Source: the human T2T-CHM13v2.0 reference genome, Homo sapiens. From it: DNA of 64,000 nucleotides. The stretch is taken from assembly GCF_009914755.1 (NCBI RefSeq), contig NC_060947.1. One strand, given 5' to 3'. A program made the position numbers and the translations under genes. How positions within the stretch are numbered: the stretch's first letter is position 1; the number at the start of each line of letters is the position of its first letter. Below, one piece after another: positions 12,368 to 26,172 of this stretch. Under the pieces are notes generated by a model. It saw nothing but the letters and a program-made list of their open reading frames with translations. It searched no databases and was not told the DNA's origin.

Positions 12368-15300
12368 AAAATAAATAAATAAATAAATAAATTGCCAGTA
12401 AATGTACAGATTTATTTCTAGGTTCTCTATTCTATTCCATTGATGTATGTCTCTTTTTTATGTCAGTAGTACCTTGCTGGTACTACTATACTTTACTATA
12501 TTTTATAGTATATTTTGAAGTCAGGTACTTTGAGGCCTCCAGCTTTGTTGTTTTGCCCAAGATTGCTTTGGTTATTCTGAGTCTTTTGTGGTTCCATAAG
12601 GTTTTTAGAATTTTTTTTTTCTTTTTTAACTTATGTGAAAAAATGTCAGTGGAATTTTGATAGGGATAGCATGGAATCTGTAGATCACTTTGGGTAGTAT
12701 GGACATTTTAACAATATTGAATATTCTAATCCATGAGCATGAGATATCTTTCCATTTATTTCTATATTCTTTAATTTTTTCAACAATGTTTTTTGGTTTT
12801 CAGTATATAAGATTGTCACCTTTTTTTGTTAAATTTATTCTTAAATATTCTATTTTTTTGCAGCTATTGGAAATGAGATTTTTTTCTTCATTTCTATTGT
12901 TATCAATGATAATTAATTGTTAGTATTAGAAATGCTACTGGTTTTTATATGTTGATTTTGCATTCTGCAACTTTATTGGATTTATTTGTTCTAACAGCTT
13001 TTTGGTGGAGTCTTTAGGATTTTCTACATATAAGATCATGCCATCTGCAAACATGAACAGTTTAACTGCTTCCTTTCCAGTTTGGATGGCTTTTATTTAT
13101 TTTTCTTGCCTGATTTCTGTAGGTCAGACTTCTAGTACTGTGTTGAATATAAGTGGTAAGTGTGGACCTCCTTGTCTTTTTCCTGATCTTAGAGAAGAAG
13201 CTTTTAGGTTTCCTCCATTAAGGATGATATAAACTGTGGACTTGTCATATATGGCCTTTTTTTTGTTTGAGGTACGTTCTTTCTATACCTAATTTGTTGA
13301 GACTTTCTCTCATAGAAATATATTGAACCTTGTCAGATGATCTTTCCACATTTATTGAGGTGATATTTATTTTGTTCTTCATTCTGTTAATGTGGCGTAT
13401 CACTTTTTTAGATTTGTGTATATTGAACCATGCTTGCATCCCTTGGTTAAATCCCACTTGATCATGGAGAATGATATTTTTTATGTTGTTGAATTCAGTT
13501 TTCTGACATTTTGTTGAGAATTTTTGATTCCATGTTCATCAGAGATATTAACCTGTCATTTTCTTTTGTTGTAGTACTCTTGTCTGGTTTTTATCAGAGT
13601 AACGTGGGACTCATAAATTGAGTTTGCAAGCTTTCTCTCCCTTCAATTTTTGAAAGGCTTTGAAGAGAATTGGTATTAGTTCTACTTTACATGTTTGGTA
13701 GAATCACCACTTCTTGGTCTTTTTTTTTTTTTTTAAGAGTTTTTTTTTCCTGTTTGTTCAGTCTCCTTACTTGCTATTATTCTGTTAAGTTTTATATTTC
13801 TCCATGACCCTCTCTTGATAAGTTGTAAGTTGTATCTAGAAATGTATGTATTTCTTCAGTGTTATCTCATTTGTTGGCATATGGTAGTTGTTAATGGAAG
13901 TCGGCTATGATCCTTTTTTAATTTTGTGGTATCAGTTGTAATGTCTTTTCTTTCATTTTTTATTTTATTTATTTGAGGTTTTTTTGTTGATTAGTCTAAG
14001 GTTTGTCAATTTTGTTTACCTTTTCAAAAAACAACACGTTGATCTTTTTTATTGTCTTTCTAGTCTTTCATTTATTTCTGCTCTGATTTTTAATATTCTT
14101 TAGTTCTACACACTTCAGGCTATGCTTGCTCTTCTTTTTCTAGTTCCTTGAGGTGTAAAATTGGTCTATTTACTTCAAATATTTCTCTTTTTTATGTAAA
14201 TGTGTATTGCTATGAACTTCTCTGTTGGAACTGCTTTTGCTAAATCTTATACATTTTGGTATTTTGTGTATCTATTTTTATTTGAAATTTCTCTTCAAAT
14301 TTCTTCTTTAAACTATTAGTTGTTCAGGAGCATGTTGTTTAATATTCATGCATTTGCAAATTTTCTGAAATTCATTCTGTTACTGATTTCTACTTTTATA
14401 CTATTGTTGGTTGGAAAAGGTATTTGTTATGATTTGCTAAGATCTTTAAGTCCTAGGTTTGTTAAGACTTGTTTTGTCTCCTAACATATGATTTATCTGG
14501 AAGAATGATCCGTGTGCACTTGAGACTAAGTGTATGCCATTGTTGGGTGGAATGTTCTTTATATTTCTGTAGTTTCCTTTTAATCTAAAGTCTGAGGTTT
14601 CCTTATTGATTTTCTGTATGGACAATTTATGAATAGCTGAAAGTGGGGTATAAAATCTCCTACTATTGTGACATTACAACCTCTCCAGATATATTAAAAT
14701 TTACTTTATATATTCAGGTGCTTTGCTCTTGGCTGCATATATATTTATAATTGTTATAATTTTTTTGATAATTTGACTTCTTTTTCAATATATAATGACC
14801 TTGTCTCTTTTTACAGGTTTTAACTTAAAATGTATTTTATCTGATATGACTACCACTGGTTTCCATTTGCATGAAATATATTTTTCCATTCCTTCATTTT
14901 CAGTCTAGTGTGTCCTTAAAGGTAAAGCAAGTCTCTTGTAAGCAGTATATTGTTTTGTCTACTTTTTTATCCATTCGGACCCTCTATGTCTTTTGATTCA
15001 TGAATTGAATCCATTTACATTTAAGGTAATTATTGACGACAAGTAAGGACTTAAACCCATTTTGTTTTGTAGAGCCTTTGTTTCTTTTTCCTTCTCTTGC
15101 TGTCTTCTTTTGTAATTAAATAATTTTCTTTAGTGGTATGTTTTGATATCTTGCTTTTTATCTTTTGTGGATCTACAAAAGGTTTTTGCTTTGTGGTTAC
15201 CATGAGGCTTACATAAAACATCTTATAGTTAAAACAGGCTATTCTATTTTAAGCTGATAACATATTATGTTTAATCTCATTTTTAAAAATTTATTTACTT

Positions 15301-18300
15301 TACCTTACCCCTTACAAATTTTATGTTTTCAATATCACAGTGTGCATCTTTTTATTTTGTGTGTGTGTCTTAAAAATTATTACAGCTATTATTATTTTAA
15401 TAGTTTTGTCTTTTAACCTTCAAGCAAAAGATGTAAATGGTTTGCACAACACCATTACAGCCTTAATTTTCTGAATTTGACTGTGTACTTTTATGAATGA
15501 GTTTAATATTTTCATGTGTTTTTGTGATACTAATCTGCATAGTTTTCTTTCAGCTTGAAAAACTACCTTTTGCATTTTTTATAAGACAGGTCTGTTGGTG
15601 ATAAACTCCCTCAGCTTTTGTTTAAGAAAGTCTTTATCTCTTCATTTCTGAAGAACAGTTTTTTTCAGGTAAAGTATTCTTAGTTGGCAGATTATTTTCC
15701 TTCAGCACTTTGAAGTATGTTGTTTATATATCATCTTTGGGCTGAGCCTCCTGACCCAATGCAGAGCCAGTCCAGTCAACATAGACTCAGGCTTAGAGAC
15801 TGCAGCAGGGTAGGCCAGGATGGCCCCTGTAGTTCTGGGCTCTGGATTGGAAAGAAAAATATAATCTCACTCTCCCCTTACATGTGAGGTTTCTGCTGAG
15901 AAATCTGCTGCTACCCTTATTGCAACTCTCTTATGTGTCACTTGCTCCTTTTCTCTTGCAGCTTTCGGGATCCTTTCTTTGTCTTTGAGTAGTTTGGTTA
16001 TAATACGTCTTGGTATAATCTTGTTTGGATTGAATCTGAATAGAGACACTTGATATTCCTGTACCTGGATATACCTTTTCTCATCTTTGGAGAATTTTCT
16101 GCTATTTTTTAAAGTTTTGTTCTACCCCTTTGTTTTTCTGTTTTTCTTCATCAACTCCTAAAATCAAACATTTGGTGTTTTGGTGCTATCCCATAAATCC
16201 TGTAAACTTTCTTCTTTCATTTCTTTATTTTTTTTTCTCCTCTTGACTATATACTTACAAATAACCTGTCTTTGATTTTACATATTCTTTCATTTGCTTA
16301 ATTAATTCTGCTTTTGATGCATTCTACTGTATTTTTCATTTCATTAATTGTTTCAACTCTAGGATTTCTGTTTGATTTTTGTTCTAAGTTCAATCTCTCT
16401 GATAAATTTATTTTATTGGCCATTTATTATTTTACTGATTTCATTGAATTATTTCTCTCTTCTCAAAGTTTAATGAACTTCCTTAAACCAATTATTGTGA
16501 ATTATTTGTTAGGCAGTTCATATATCTCCATTTATTTAGTGGGGCATCTACTGGGTGATTACTGTATTTTTTGGTGGTGTTATAAGTTCTTGGTTTTCTT
16601 GTTTCTTATTGCCTTATGTTGATATCTGCACATTTGAAGAGGTAAGGAGTTATTTTAACCTTTGCAGACTGACTGCCTGGGAAAGTCCTTCACCAATCAG
16701 CTCATTCAGAGAGTTTTGGCAGGATACCTGTTGTGATCTGTAGGCAGACTTGCTGTTGGACTTCTTGGACAAGCTGGCCTGGTGTCTGGGTCAGCCTATG
16801 AATGGGCCTAGCACCTAGGTCCACATGGTTGAGCCTAGAGTTTGAATCCTCTGGGGTGGATCTGATGATTAGATTCATGGCAGCAGGCCAAGAGCCTGTA
16901 TCCATGGTAAAGCCTGAGGTGTGGGTCTACAGGTGTTGACTTTGTGCTGGGGTAAGCATTGAGACTGAGTCTGCCATGGTAAGCCAGGCACTAGGATGAA
17001 CTTTGTTCCTGGGCTGGGTCTGAAGCCTGGGTGCTTGGAAAGTGGCCTGACCCTGGGGAAGGACTATGTCCTGTGCCCGTGGAGACATATTTAGAGGCTG
17101 GGTCTACAGGGGTGGTTATGGAGTGTCAGTCCATGGAGTTCTGCCTGGCACTGGGGTCCATTGGGGTGGGTCTGGATCTTCATTCTGCTGAAACAGGCCT
17201 TGACCCTAGATCCACTGGAGTCTGAAACTACTGGGACTGACCTGGAGACTGGAGTTGGCCTAGTGCTGGGACAGGCATGCAACCTTAGTCTTTGGGGGCT
17301 AGTCTGGAGCCTGGGATCTTGGGTGCTGGCCTGATGCCTGGAGCCACAGGGTCTGGCCTGGAGCCTGGTATGGTAGAAACAAGCCTAGAGTATGAGTCTG
17401 CAGGTACTCTCCTAAAGGGTTACTGTGTGGATGCTGGCCTGTAGGTTATGCCTGTGAATGTTGGCCCAGGTACTGGGGCCATAGGAATCAGCCTGGAACC
17501 TTCGTCCCTAATAGTGGTCTTGGAGCCTGGGTTCTTGGGATGAGCACAGCACTGGGGTCCACTGGGATGGACCTAGACCAATTGTCTGGTAGAGCATGGG
17601 ACCACAGGAGCTGGCCGAGAGGGTAGAGCTGCAGGGCCCAGGCTGGTACCTGGTAGGCCTGGAGCCTGCGTCCATGGGTGTTGGCCTGATGCCTGACCTG
17701 GGCTGTGGAATGCCTGAAGCCTGAGATTGTATACACAAACCTGATTCTTGACTCGTCTGGAACCTTGAAGTCTTGGACCCTGTGGCCACAGAGGCTGCCC
17801 CAGCAGTTTGGCGTACCTAAAACCTGGGGATGTGGGGCAAGTCTGTTTCTGAGAGTGGTACAGGTCCCAGGGATACTGTAACCAGCCTGGGCCTGGTGCA
17901 GGCCTGGAGCCTAAGTCTCTGTGGTCTGGCCTGGCTCTAGGATGGCTCAAGAGGCTCAGTCCACAGTTACCAGTCTGGAGTCTTGAACTCTGGGGGCCTG
18001 TTCAGTGCTGAGTTTTATTAGAATGGGTCCGATGTTGGGGACGAGGACAAAGTCCATTGTTCACTTCCCTCTACTTACCCTAAGCAGAGGGTATTGCCAT
18101 TCATGCTGTGCGACCTGGGGTTATGGAGGGGTGATGCAAGTAATATGAAACTTTCCTACCCTCTTCAACGTGTCTTCTTATTTCTGTGCTACTTCTAGGT
18201 ACTGCAATCTCTCACTTCATTTGCTTAGCTCTTGTCCAGGTATATTTGTGTGTGCATAGTTGTTCAAATGGATGTTTCTGCAGCAGGAGGAGATGAGTCC

Positions 18301-18335
18301 TGGAAAGTTTTATTCTACCATCTTGCTGATGTTCA
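10725..18335 (-). mobile_element. Near-full-length decayed L1MA-type LINE-1 (L1MA8/9-like)
   Basis: 3'UTR at left. ORF2 remnants ([21 protein letters not shown]; GFNQGMQAWFNIHKS), ORF1 remnant (KERIPKAAREKEQVTHK...ADFSAET), GC-rich 5'UTR, and YY1-like CAAGATGG (ccatcttg 18318-18325) at the 5' end. Confidence 0.88.
12052..12384 (+). mobile_element. AluS (Sq/Sx-like) inside L1MA, (TAAA)n tail
   Basis: Dimeric Alu; TSD AAATAAATTG(A/C)CAGTA at 12036-12051 and 12385-12400. Confidence 0.95.
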
Positions 18336-18499
18336 GACCATTCCTCTAGTTATTTGTGTCATTGAGATCTGCATTTCTCTTTGGGCAATAGCAGTAACAG
18401 GTCTAAACCAAATTGACATTAATTTTGAGTAATAGAGTTTCCTATTTTTAAAATTTATTAATTTCCTAAACCTGCGTGGCTGCAAGCATGTGTGTCATC

Positions 18500-19035
18500 T
18501 CTATTAATTGCCAAGCTCAGTGTGGTCTTCAGAATATAGGAATGGATAAAGACACAGTCCCTGTCTTCAAGAAGCTCATAGTCCGAGGTGTGGGGAGGGG
18601 TGGGGCAGAGAGACATGTATCTTTTATTACCTTTTATGTATGAATTGCCTTGTTAAACTTCCTCATGCAGCTTAATGAGACCAGAGAAGAGGGAACAATT
18701 ACATCTCCCTGGGGAATAGCATTGGAGCTGGGTCTTTGTGTATTAATAGAAATTTATAGGGAAGACAGAGAGTGAGGGGAGGTGAAGGAATCCAGAAATT
18801 TGTAATGGCATTAAAAAATGTATAGGCATGTGAAAGGGCCTGGATGAACCTAGAAATGGCCTGACCTAGTGTTCACTGTGTGCATAATCTGAAGGTGGAA
18901 AAAGTGGGAGAAAATTGGGAAAGTGGAAAGGATATGATACTCAAAAGAGAAAAATTATTAAGGCCAGGCTATAGAAGGCCTTGAGTGCCACCAGGATGAA
19001 GAGTTTAGACTTTAGGCTTTACTACTTTATCATTG
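18500..19035 (-). mobile_element. L2 fragment
   Basis: AAGACACAGTCCCTGTCTTCAAGAAGCTCATAGTC and GAAGGCCTTGAGTGCCA...GAGTTTAGACTT. Confidence 0.7.
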
Positions 19036-19204
19036 CATTAATGAAAATAATAATAATTTAAAAAAAAAACCTCAGGAGATTTTAAGCCAGGCATGAAGTA
19101 ATTCAATGTTAGAAGCTGGCTTAATAGTTCAGAATAATAACATTGGCAGTTTGAAGTGCATTCTACTTTGGTGGTTATATCCATTTGTGGTTTTTTTTTT
19201 TTTT

Positions 19205-19580
19205 TACTAGTTTTTATACTGCTACAGCAAACAACTTCAAAATCTAAGTGGCTTACAACAGCCAGAAAAACCACATTTCTCATTATCAGTACATGTCTTC
19301 CACGATTGGCTTTGACTTTTCTTTCTGTGCCTTTGTTTTGTTTTGGGAGCCAGGCTAAAGGAACAGCCCCTACCTGGGCCATCCTAGGCTGATATGAGAT
19401 GGCAAAGGGAGTGATGACAGAACCAAGCAATAGCTTTTAAAGTTTCTCTTTGAAAAATGGCATGTATCATCTCCACTTATTATTATTTTACTGGCAAAAT
19501 CATGTCACATGACTTACACCAACTGGAGGGCATAGTGCAGTCATCTCACAGAGAGGGAAACAAATATTAGAAACAAACAT
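19205..19580 (-). mobile_element. Old MaLR LTR (MLT1I/J/K-like)
   Basis: CAAAATCTAAGTGGCTTACAACA...CCAGGCTAAAGGAACAGCCCCTACCTGG...GTCACATGAC. Confidence 0.65.
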
Positions 19581-20129
19581 TAGAAGGAATAGTAATGTAA
19601 TCCATTGGAATAGTAAGTGTACAACCTTACCACCTAGGTTTATATCCCAGGTCTGCTACTTCCTAGCTATGTAAACTCTGGCAATTTACTTAACCTTTCT
19701 GTAAGTGTTATTTACTATTAGAATAATCTTAATGAAAACATGGAAGTGAATATTCATATATATGCTTGTAACATTTGCCTTTTAAAATTATTGTCTAACC
19801 TTATCTTTACAAAGATTTCCCAGGTCCTGGATCCCTTATACCTTTGTCAAATTTTGGACCTGCAGAAGGCTATGCTCACCTATGTCTCAAAATACCAAAT
19901 ACAACTCAGATTTACCCTCATAGTTTCTACTCTACCTAACAGAGCACTTTGCTTTGAGGAGGCCCTCAACAACATCTGTTCTAATGAATGGAATTAGATC
20001 TGCTGAGGCTCTGTGGGAAGCTGCCAATAGCAGTGATTTGGAAATTGCATTCAAATGGTCCTTAGATTGGCAAAGTGAGTGAATAAAAGGGTTTAGGACA
20101 TTGTGGTTGAAATAACTCTTTTAGGACAC

Positions 20130-20365
20130 TAATATCACCAATTGACATTTATACGGAGCTTATATGTGGCAGGCATTTTACATGCACTATCTCATTTAAT
20201 ATTCACATTTCTTCCCAGGAAGATGTTTCATCATCTTTATATTGTAGGCAAAGAAATGGAGGTACAAAGATTCTAGGAAACTTTCCTAAGGTTATACAAT
20301 AAGGAAGCAGCAGAAGTAAGGTTGAAATCATGACAGCCTACTTTCTGAGCCTATAACCTGAACTG
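20130..20365 (-). mobile_element. MIR
   Basis: CATTTTACATGCACTATCTCATTTAAT...GAAATGGAGGTACAAAGA...CCTAAGGTTATACA. Confidence 0.8.
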
Positions 20366-21654
20366 TTGTATGATCCTATTCCTGCAGCAGTAGCCATCAC
20401 CAACTCAATATTAAAACCAGAATGGCCTTTCAAAGAGATAGCTCTAGTCCAGGAGTTTCCAAGCTGTGTTTCACACAACTTTAGGTTCCATAGAGGAATA
20501 GCCTTTGATTACAAGTTTCTGGGTACTTAGGGTTATTGCTGTAATTGGAAGCTATGATTTCAAATTGTTGTATGATCAAAAGACTTTTACTATTCTGTTT
20601 GGCCCACATTATAATATATACATATTACAAATTCCAATTTACAAAATAAATTAATATATACCTGCATTTTTTTAACGTCAGAGAGCTACATAGAGTTTAT
20701 TTGGGGAAAGCAAATGTTATCCTGAAGAAGAAGTTAGAGCCACTGATCAATTCCAACTTTTTTTTCCTAGACAGTTAAATAAATTGAAGGCTCAGGAACA
20801 GGGGAAGAAACATTACAACCAGACTTTCATATTAGGATTCTTGACTCTGTCCCAGTTGTTTCTGCTGTATCTTGCTGCTTCAGATAGCAAAATGCTACAT
20901 TGAATCGTATGCAACATGCTACAGCAAGAAATAACCAATTCAACTCACTCTTCCTTTTTGTGTATTCCCAAACCCTGAGAGATCCATTTTCATAAAATTT
21001 GATTGATCTGTTTAGATTGTCTTTATCGTACTCTAGGATTTGCTTTTTTTTCCTTCTCATTGATAATATTTTAATAGCTACCCCTAGGCTGCAGTGGATT
21101 CTTCAGTTTTATATTGCACAATATATATGGCTTTTCAATAATTTATCCTTTAATGCTTATAAAAAGTGCATATGTGTTAAAAATTAACAAAGAATAAATA
21201 ATACTCTAACAGCAAGACTGTTTAGATATAACTATTCACCAAGGAATAAGACTGTCAAAAACTGTGTTAAATGTCTTGTTTAGAGCAACATTTTAAATAG
21301 TTTTGTTTGATAATTTTTTAAAGAAGTGGGTTATGTGTTCTAAAAAAATTCTAGATTAATTCTCCATTGTGACAGCATGCTGCCTAATAAAAAGGATCTT
21401 TTAGATTATAACAAGACTGAGGCAGGGAGAGAAGATAGGTAGAAGATCTCTACTTACTACTCAATTTTTCTGTAAGCCAAAACTTCTCTAAAAATAAAGT
21501 TTATTAATAATAACTTTAAAAGACCCTGAGGATCAGCACAATATATCTATGGCTTTCAAAAATAATTATTTACTTCATTGAGAAGGAATACTTTAAGATA
21601 CTCATTAGATTGGCAGAAAGCTTATAGTAGGATAATACCACAAGGCAGTAAACA

Positions 21655-22220
21655 TATTAGTCAGAATGAGCTATGCAATGCTACAGTAATAAGCATCCTC
21701 AGAATCTCAGTGATTTAAAACAAGGCTCAGAAAACTTTTTCTGCAAAGGGACAAATAGTAAATATTTCAAACTTATCTCAACTACTCAACTCTTCCTAGA
21801 CAATATGTAAATAAATAGGCATGTCTGCGGGCTGTGTTTCTATAAAAGTTTATAAAAATATGCAGTGGACCAGATTTGACCAATAAGCCATAGTTTACCA
21901 AACCATGATATAAAACATTGATGATTTATTTATGGCTCATACCTAATGTTTATTGCAAGTCAACTAGAGGCTTTATTCTGTCATCATCATTGAGTCCCAA
22001 TGTGATGAAGTCAGTATATGGATCATTAAAGTTCACTGAGGCAGAGGCAAAGAGAAAACATGGTGAATTCCTCACTAGCTCTTAAGGCTTGGCTCACATT
22101 TCATTGCCTAAAACAATTTGTATGTCTATGACTAACTTCAAAAGGGATGGCAGAGGGCAATGCCTCCATGTGTGTAGAAGACAGAGATCTAGAAATAGCT
22201 GGTGAACGATAATTACTACA
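21655..22220 (-). mobile_element. Old MaLR LTR (MLT1J/K/L-like), split by MER58A
   Basis: TATTAGTCAG...AATCTCAGTGATTTAAAA, resuming after MER58A; GCTCACATTTCATTGCC. Confidence 0.7.
21721..21907 (-). mobile_element. MER58A (hAT-Charlie)
   Basis: AAACTTTTTCTGCAAAGGGACAAATAGTAAATATTT...GCCATAGTTTACC; 8-bp TSD ATTTAAAA/ATATAAAA (21713-21720, 21908-21915). Confidence 0.85.
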
Positions 22221-22224
22221 ACCG

Positions 22225-22900
22225 AGAGGATGTGGGGAAATGTGAATTCTGATACCCTGGTGGGGAGAATGTAACTTGAAAAACCACTATGGGGAGTAAT
22301 TTACCACACTGAGCAAAATTAAATATATCCTACACACCAAAATTTCCACTCTTCATTGAGTGACCTACAGAATCTCTTATATAAGTGTTCTAAAAAATAC
22401 ATACAAAGATGTTCATTACAGCATAGTTTATAATAGAAAAAAATGAACACAACTTCAGTGTCTTTCAATATTAGAAAAAATAAATTATGATATTTTTCAT
22501 AAAAGGAAATCATACATAGCAGTCCAAATGAACAATATATATATCAATTAAAATGAATTACAGTGTCAAATATATTTAGATAAATTTATTTGGGGTGGAA
22601 AAGGAAAGTTGCAAAATAATACATACACAATGATTTTACTTATGTAAATGATTAAAAACTATGTTGTTTGTAGAAAAATAATATAAAGAAATGGGCACAT
22701 ATTAACATAAAGACAATGCTTGTCCCTGAGGAGATGTGGGGATTAATGTATTGTAGTGTTTTATTTCAATTAAAGCATCTGGAGAAGCTATGGCAAAATG
22801 TTAGTATCCATTAAATCTGGATGGCAGATAACATAGGTTTCTGTTATGCCCTTCTTATACTTATTTGTATGGTCAACATCTTTTTAAATTAAAAAGATTA
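22225..22900 (+). mobile_element. L1ME-type 3' fragment
   Basis: GAGGATGTGGGGAAA...ATACAAAGATGTTCATTACAGCATAGTTTATAATAG (ORF2 end/3'UTR). Confidence 0.7.
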
Positions 22901-22907
22901 AAAAATT

Positions 22908-23417
<510 letters not shown>

Positions 23418-23493
23418 TCAGCTTTCTGATTTATGGAGAGTTAATTGTGAATAAAACCCTCAAAATTAAAGTTCAACTTTTCATGCCCATATA

Positions 23494-23542
23494 CTATCTA
23501 TCTTTCTGTCTGTCTGTCTATCTATTATCTATCTATCTATCT
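23494..23542. repeat. Compound (TCTA)/(TCTG) tetranucleotide repeat
   Basis: ctatctatctttctgtctgtctgtctatctattatctatctatctatct. Confidence 0.85.
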
Positions 23543-23562
23543 CAAGCAAAAATACGAGGTTG

Positions 23563-23780
23563 CAGGATATAGTGGAAAGGAGTTTTTGAACTGACCCTGG
23601 TTCAGTTATTTACTAGCTCTTTGACGTAAAGCAAATTACTTTAGCTGAATCTGTTTCCTTATCTATAAAATGTGAGGGAAAATCCCTGTCCTGTCTGTTC
23701 CTTGGGGCTGTTATAAAGATCAAATGACATAGGTATGGTGGTATTATTTGAATTTCTAAAGTGCTAAACAAATAAATGAC
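23563..23780 (+). mobile_element. MIR (MIRc/MIR3-like)
   Basis: AGTGGAAAG...CTGTTTCCTTATCTATAAAATG...GTTATAAAGATCAAATGA. Confidence 0.75.
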
Positions 23781-24789
23781 AGCCCTAAATGTTGAGAAAT
23801 ATCAGAAGTTATTTAACTTGCTAGTTTTCTCTGTTATATGGGACTGTGTCTTTCTTGTTGCTCTATAGTCTGACTACCTTGTGGAATGAAGCATTGTGCC
23901 AGGTGTTTTTAGGACCTGGTTGATTTAGACCCTTCTTTAGATGTTTCTTGTCTCCAATTTTCAGGAGCTTGCAGGACTATCAGAGTTTATATTCTAAAAA
24001 TAACATCTTTGGCTTTGGTAGATTTTTCTAATGGAGTTCTGGAACTGTCATTCAGTATAAAATGTGTATAGCAAAACATGTTTACTCACAATAAGTAAAT
24101 ATTTTGGAGGACAGGGCTATTTAGATAATCTGGTTAGACCAGATCATTCACCTAAACTACTGTTTTTCTTATTTTGTGTGGTATAAGATGACACATAAAG
24201 CAGTTGATAGAGAAAAGATATAAGGATATTTTTAGGGACACTTTTTTTAGATCTTTCCCAAGCTGGTTAGTTTTTCCTTTCAACACAGACCTCACTGTTA
24301 TTTTGGCATACCCTTGGCTAAGTATCTGAAAAATGATAGCTTTTAAATATATTGCTTTTCATTTCCTGTTCTATGTTTCAGAGGCACAAAATAACTTACA
24401 TGCTTGAGATACAAACTATTTTTGGTAGACTTTATTTACTTGGTTTGGGCGTTGCTAAGTAAGGGCTGAATTTTTATATGTCCTGGGATAGACTGTTCTG
24501 GTCCATCTCCATTATATATGACATTAGCATGACTATACTAATGTCATGCTCTAAAACAGTAAACTCTTAGCCAGCTCTCCCATTACCCCCATGCACATCT
24601 CAGCTCTTTCACCACCTAAAAGCCAGAAATTCACACCATCTCTTTTTCAAGGCTACATTAAAGCATCTATGAGTTCCTAATCATCTGTCAACTTTACCTC
24701 TTTTCTCATCTCAAACCTTCAATTTCCACTTTTTTTCTAATTATTAACAACAAATATATTTGTGCACATTATTCCTTAGGTTACTGCGG

Positions 24790-25045
24790 CATCTATACTC
24801 ATTCATCAATGTGCAGCTCAAATGTCATTTCTGATGTAAAGCCTTTCCCACCAGTAGAACCAGGAGATTTTCTTCTCTTATTCATTCTGACATATAAGTT
24901 TGAGTATGTTCTAATTAAATATTTTACATAAAGTTTTCTTGCACCTCACATGTTAGACTGTGGGAACTTTTAGGGTAGGGATTGTCTTATTCTGCTTTGA
25001 ATCATTGGTACCTTTCACAGTACTCAATATAAGTTATTTGTATTG
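24790..25045 (+). mobile_element. L2 3' fragment
   Basis: CAGCTCAAATGTCA...AAGCCTTTCC...TAGACTGTG...GGGTAGGGATTGTCTT...TACTCAATA. Confidence 0.65.
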
Positions 25046-25279
25046 TAATTCCCTTTATCCATCAAGATCCTTATGAGAAGCAAAAACTTAAAGTTATGAC
25101 CCAAAAAAGTATTTACTATCAGTCCTGTGAGGAAGAAAATGGAGTTTATATCTCCAAAAACATTTAGGTTGGTTTTAATTTTCAGAGAGAAGAAAGATTT
25201 CCTTTCAGAATTTTTGCCAGATCAGTGAAGAGCTAATTCTGTTCTAGGAGAAGGTATTTGCAGGTGTTATCTTTTTTAA

Positions 25280-26172
25280 AACTAAAGTCCAAAACTTAAT
25301 CAAGTTTTCTTAGATTTTACCGAATGCCCTTTTTCAGTTTCAGAGTCTCATCAAGGATAGTACACTGCCATTAGTCATCTTGTCTCCTTAGGCTTCTCTT
25401 GCCTGTGACAGTCTCAGATATTCCTTGTTTTAGATGACCTTGACAATTTTGAAAAGTGCTGGTCAGGTGTTTTCTAGAATCTCCCTTAATTTGGATTTTT
25501 CTTATGTTTTCTACATGAGTTAGACTGGGGTTATGGGTTACTGGGAGGAAGACCACAGAGATAAAGTGCCATTTTCATGACGTCATATCAAGGGTACGCT
25601 ATCAGCGTGACTCATAACTGTTGGTGTTGATCTTCACCAATTGAGTGAGGAAGTATTTGGCAGTTTTCTCCACTGTAAACTCACTCTTGTATTCCCTCTT
25701 TCCATACTATCCTCTTTGGAAGGAAGTCACCTTGGACAGCCTACACTTAAAGAGCGGTGAATCATTCTCCCTTTACTTGAGGGTAGAATATTTGCATAAA
25801 TGGTTTGAAATTCTTCTACAAAGGAGATTTGTCTTTTTTCTTCCATTTATTTATTCAAATAGTTATTTATATCATTATGAACTCATGGATATTTAATTTA
25901 CACTTTGCATTCTAATTCAATACTACTTTATTTATTTTCTTCCTCAAATTGTTTCAGTTTTGGCCATTGGCATCTCTTTAAATTGACTCCAATGTGTCTT
26001 TGATATGCCCCCTTCACTGCATTTTTTGTTTGTTTTGATTTCTTTTGCTTAGAATGTCCTTACTGTCAAACCCTACAAGATATTCCAGGCTTATCTTGTA
26101 TATTTCCTAGCCCAGTCCTAAAATGAGCTATTTTCCAAGGAGCCCTGATGCCCTTTATTGGAGAATAGTATG
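25280..26172 (-). mobile_element. L1MC/L1MD-type 3'UTR fragment
   Basis: GACCTTGACAATTTTGAAAAGTGCTGGTCAGG...GGAGGAAGACCACAGAG...GGAAGGAAGTCAC...CCAAGGAGCCCTG. Confidence 0.8.

Noticed and set aside
17031-17950. Overlapping Pro/Gly/Gln-rich ORFs up to 125 aa
   Set aside because: Artefact of the stop-poor GC-rich L1 5'UTR array.
18587-18605. G-run cluster as a G-quadruplex (similar at 60735-60748)
   Set aside because: Only three runs of three or more G.
20445-20750. Possible old hAT/Charlie DNA transposon
   Set aside because: CAG...CTG-like ends, but TIRs and TSD too degenerate to call.
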